A program made the position numbers and the translations under genes. The notes under the pieces are model-generated. The model worked only from the letters and a program-made list of their open reading frames with translations, searched no databases and was not told the DNA's origin. A stretch of 64,000 bases of DNA, taken from the NCBI GenBank assembly GCA_904063045.1, contig CAJFCJ010000007.1, forward strand, positions 3,789,404 to 3,853,403, in the 5' to 3' direction. The stretch is from Dimorphilus gyrociliatus. Lineage: Eukaryota; Animalia; Annelida. Positions 63,820 through 64,000 of the stretch are shown one piece after another. Numbering within the stretch: the first letter of the stretch is position 1; the number at the start of each line of letters is the position of its first letter.

Positions 63820-64000
63820 ATGGATATCCTTGATTCGACAATTGATGAAGTTGCATTGGAGGGCTTAGATGGTAACACTTTACTGTTAATTAATAATTAT
63901 CAGCCTTTAGGTGAAATTTTCAATTTTTGCACAGGCATAACAATACCATCTCTCTGGATACGCTTGGAAAATCGACGTCCTCCTCTTCAATTCACTCTAG
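63820..64000 (+). CDS. GTF3C1: General transcription factor IIIC subunit 1, 5' part only (runs off the window)
   Basis: MDILDSTIDEVALEGLD|GITIPSLWIRLENRRPP matches the remembered TFIIIC220 N-terminus (DEVALEGLDG…LWSRL). Confidence 0.85.
   Translation, partial: MDILDSTIDEVALEGLDGNTLLLINNYQPLGEIFNFCTGITIPSLWIRLENRRPPLQFTL

Noticed and set aside
1-64000. Searched by eye for transposase/RT ORFs, terminal inverted repeats, CRISPR arrays, rRNA, tRNA and snRNA
   Set aside because: None recognised. Short non-autonomous elements in the AT-rich stretches cannot be excluded without RepeatModeler or Infernal.

Overview
AT-rich (roughly 30% GC by eye), extremely gene-dense animal genomic DNA with mostly 50-80 nt GT-AG introns. 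This is not a prokaryote: no CRISPR array, rRNA, tRNA or transposase was recognised. About 22 protein-coding genes can be assembled by hand, in order: EME1(-), APLF(+), PTCHD3-like(-), BUD13(+), SLC35B4(+), NAPG(+) with an antisense orphan gene nested in its intron 2, NDUFS3(-), EMC4(-), two tandem orphan paralogues(+), MMP21(+), MFSD4-like(+), NUP205(-), CENPL(+), CATSPER3(+), VPS11(-), PLRG1(+), SBK1-like(-), RPF1(-), EMC1(-), EIF3F(-) and the 5' end of GTF3C1(+). Gene content and miniaturised architecture suggest a compact-genome invertebrate, probably a spiralian such as the annelid Dimorphilus (inference only). Highlights: a CatSper3 subunit with a fully charged S4 voltage sensor; a nested antisense gene with a PP1-docking RVxF motif; a tandem pair of orphan genes sharing an unnamed ~50-aa N-terminal module; a CTCF-like 10-mer recurring in intergenic gaps; a 5.2-kb NUP205 exon; and several 140-300 bp bidirectional promoters. 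Gene identities come from remembered protein motifs, not database searches, and exon boundaries were placed by hand.
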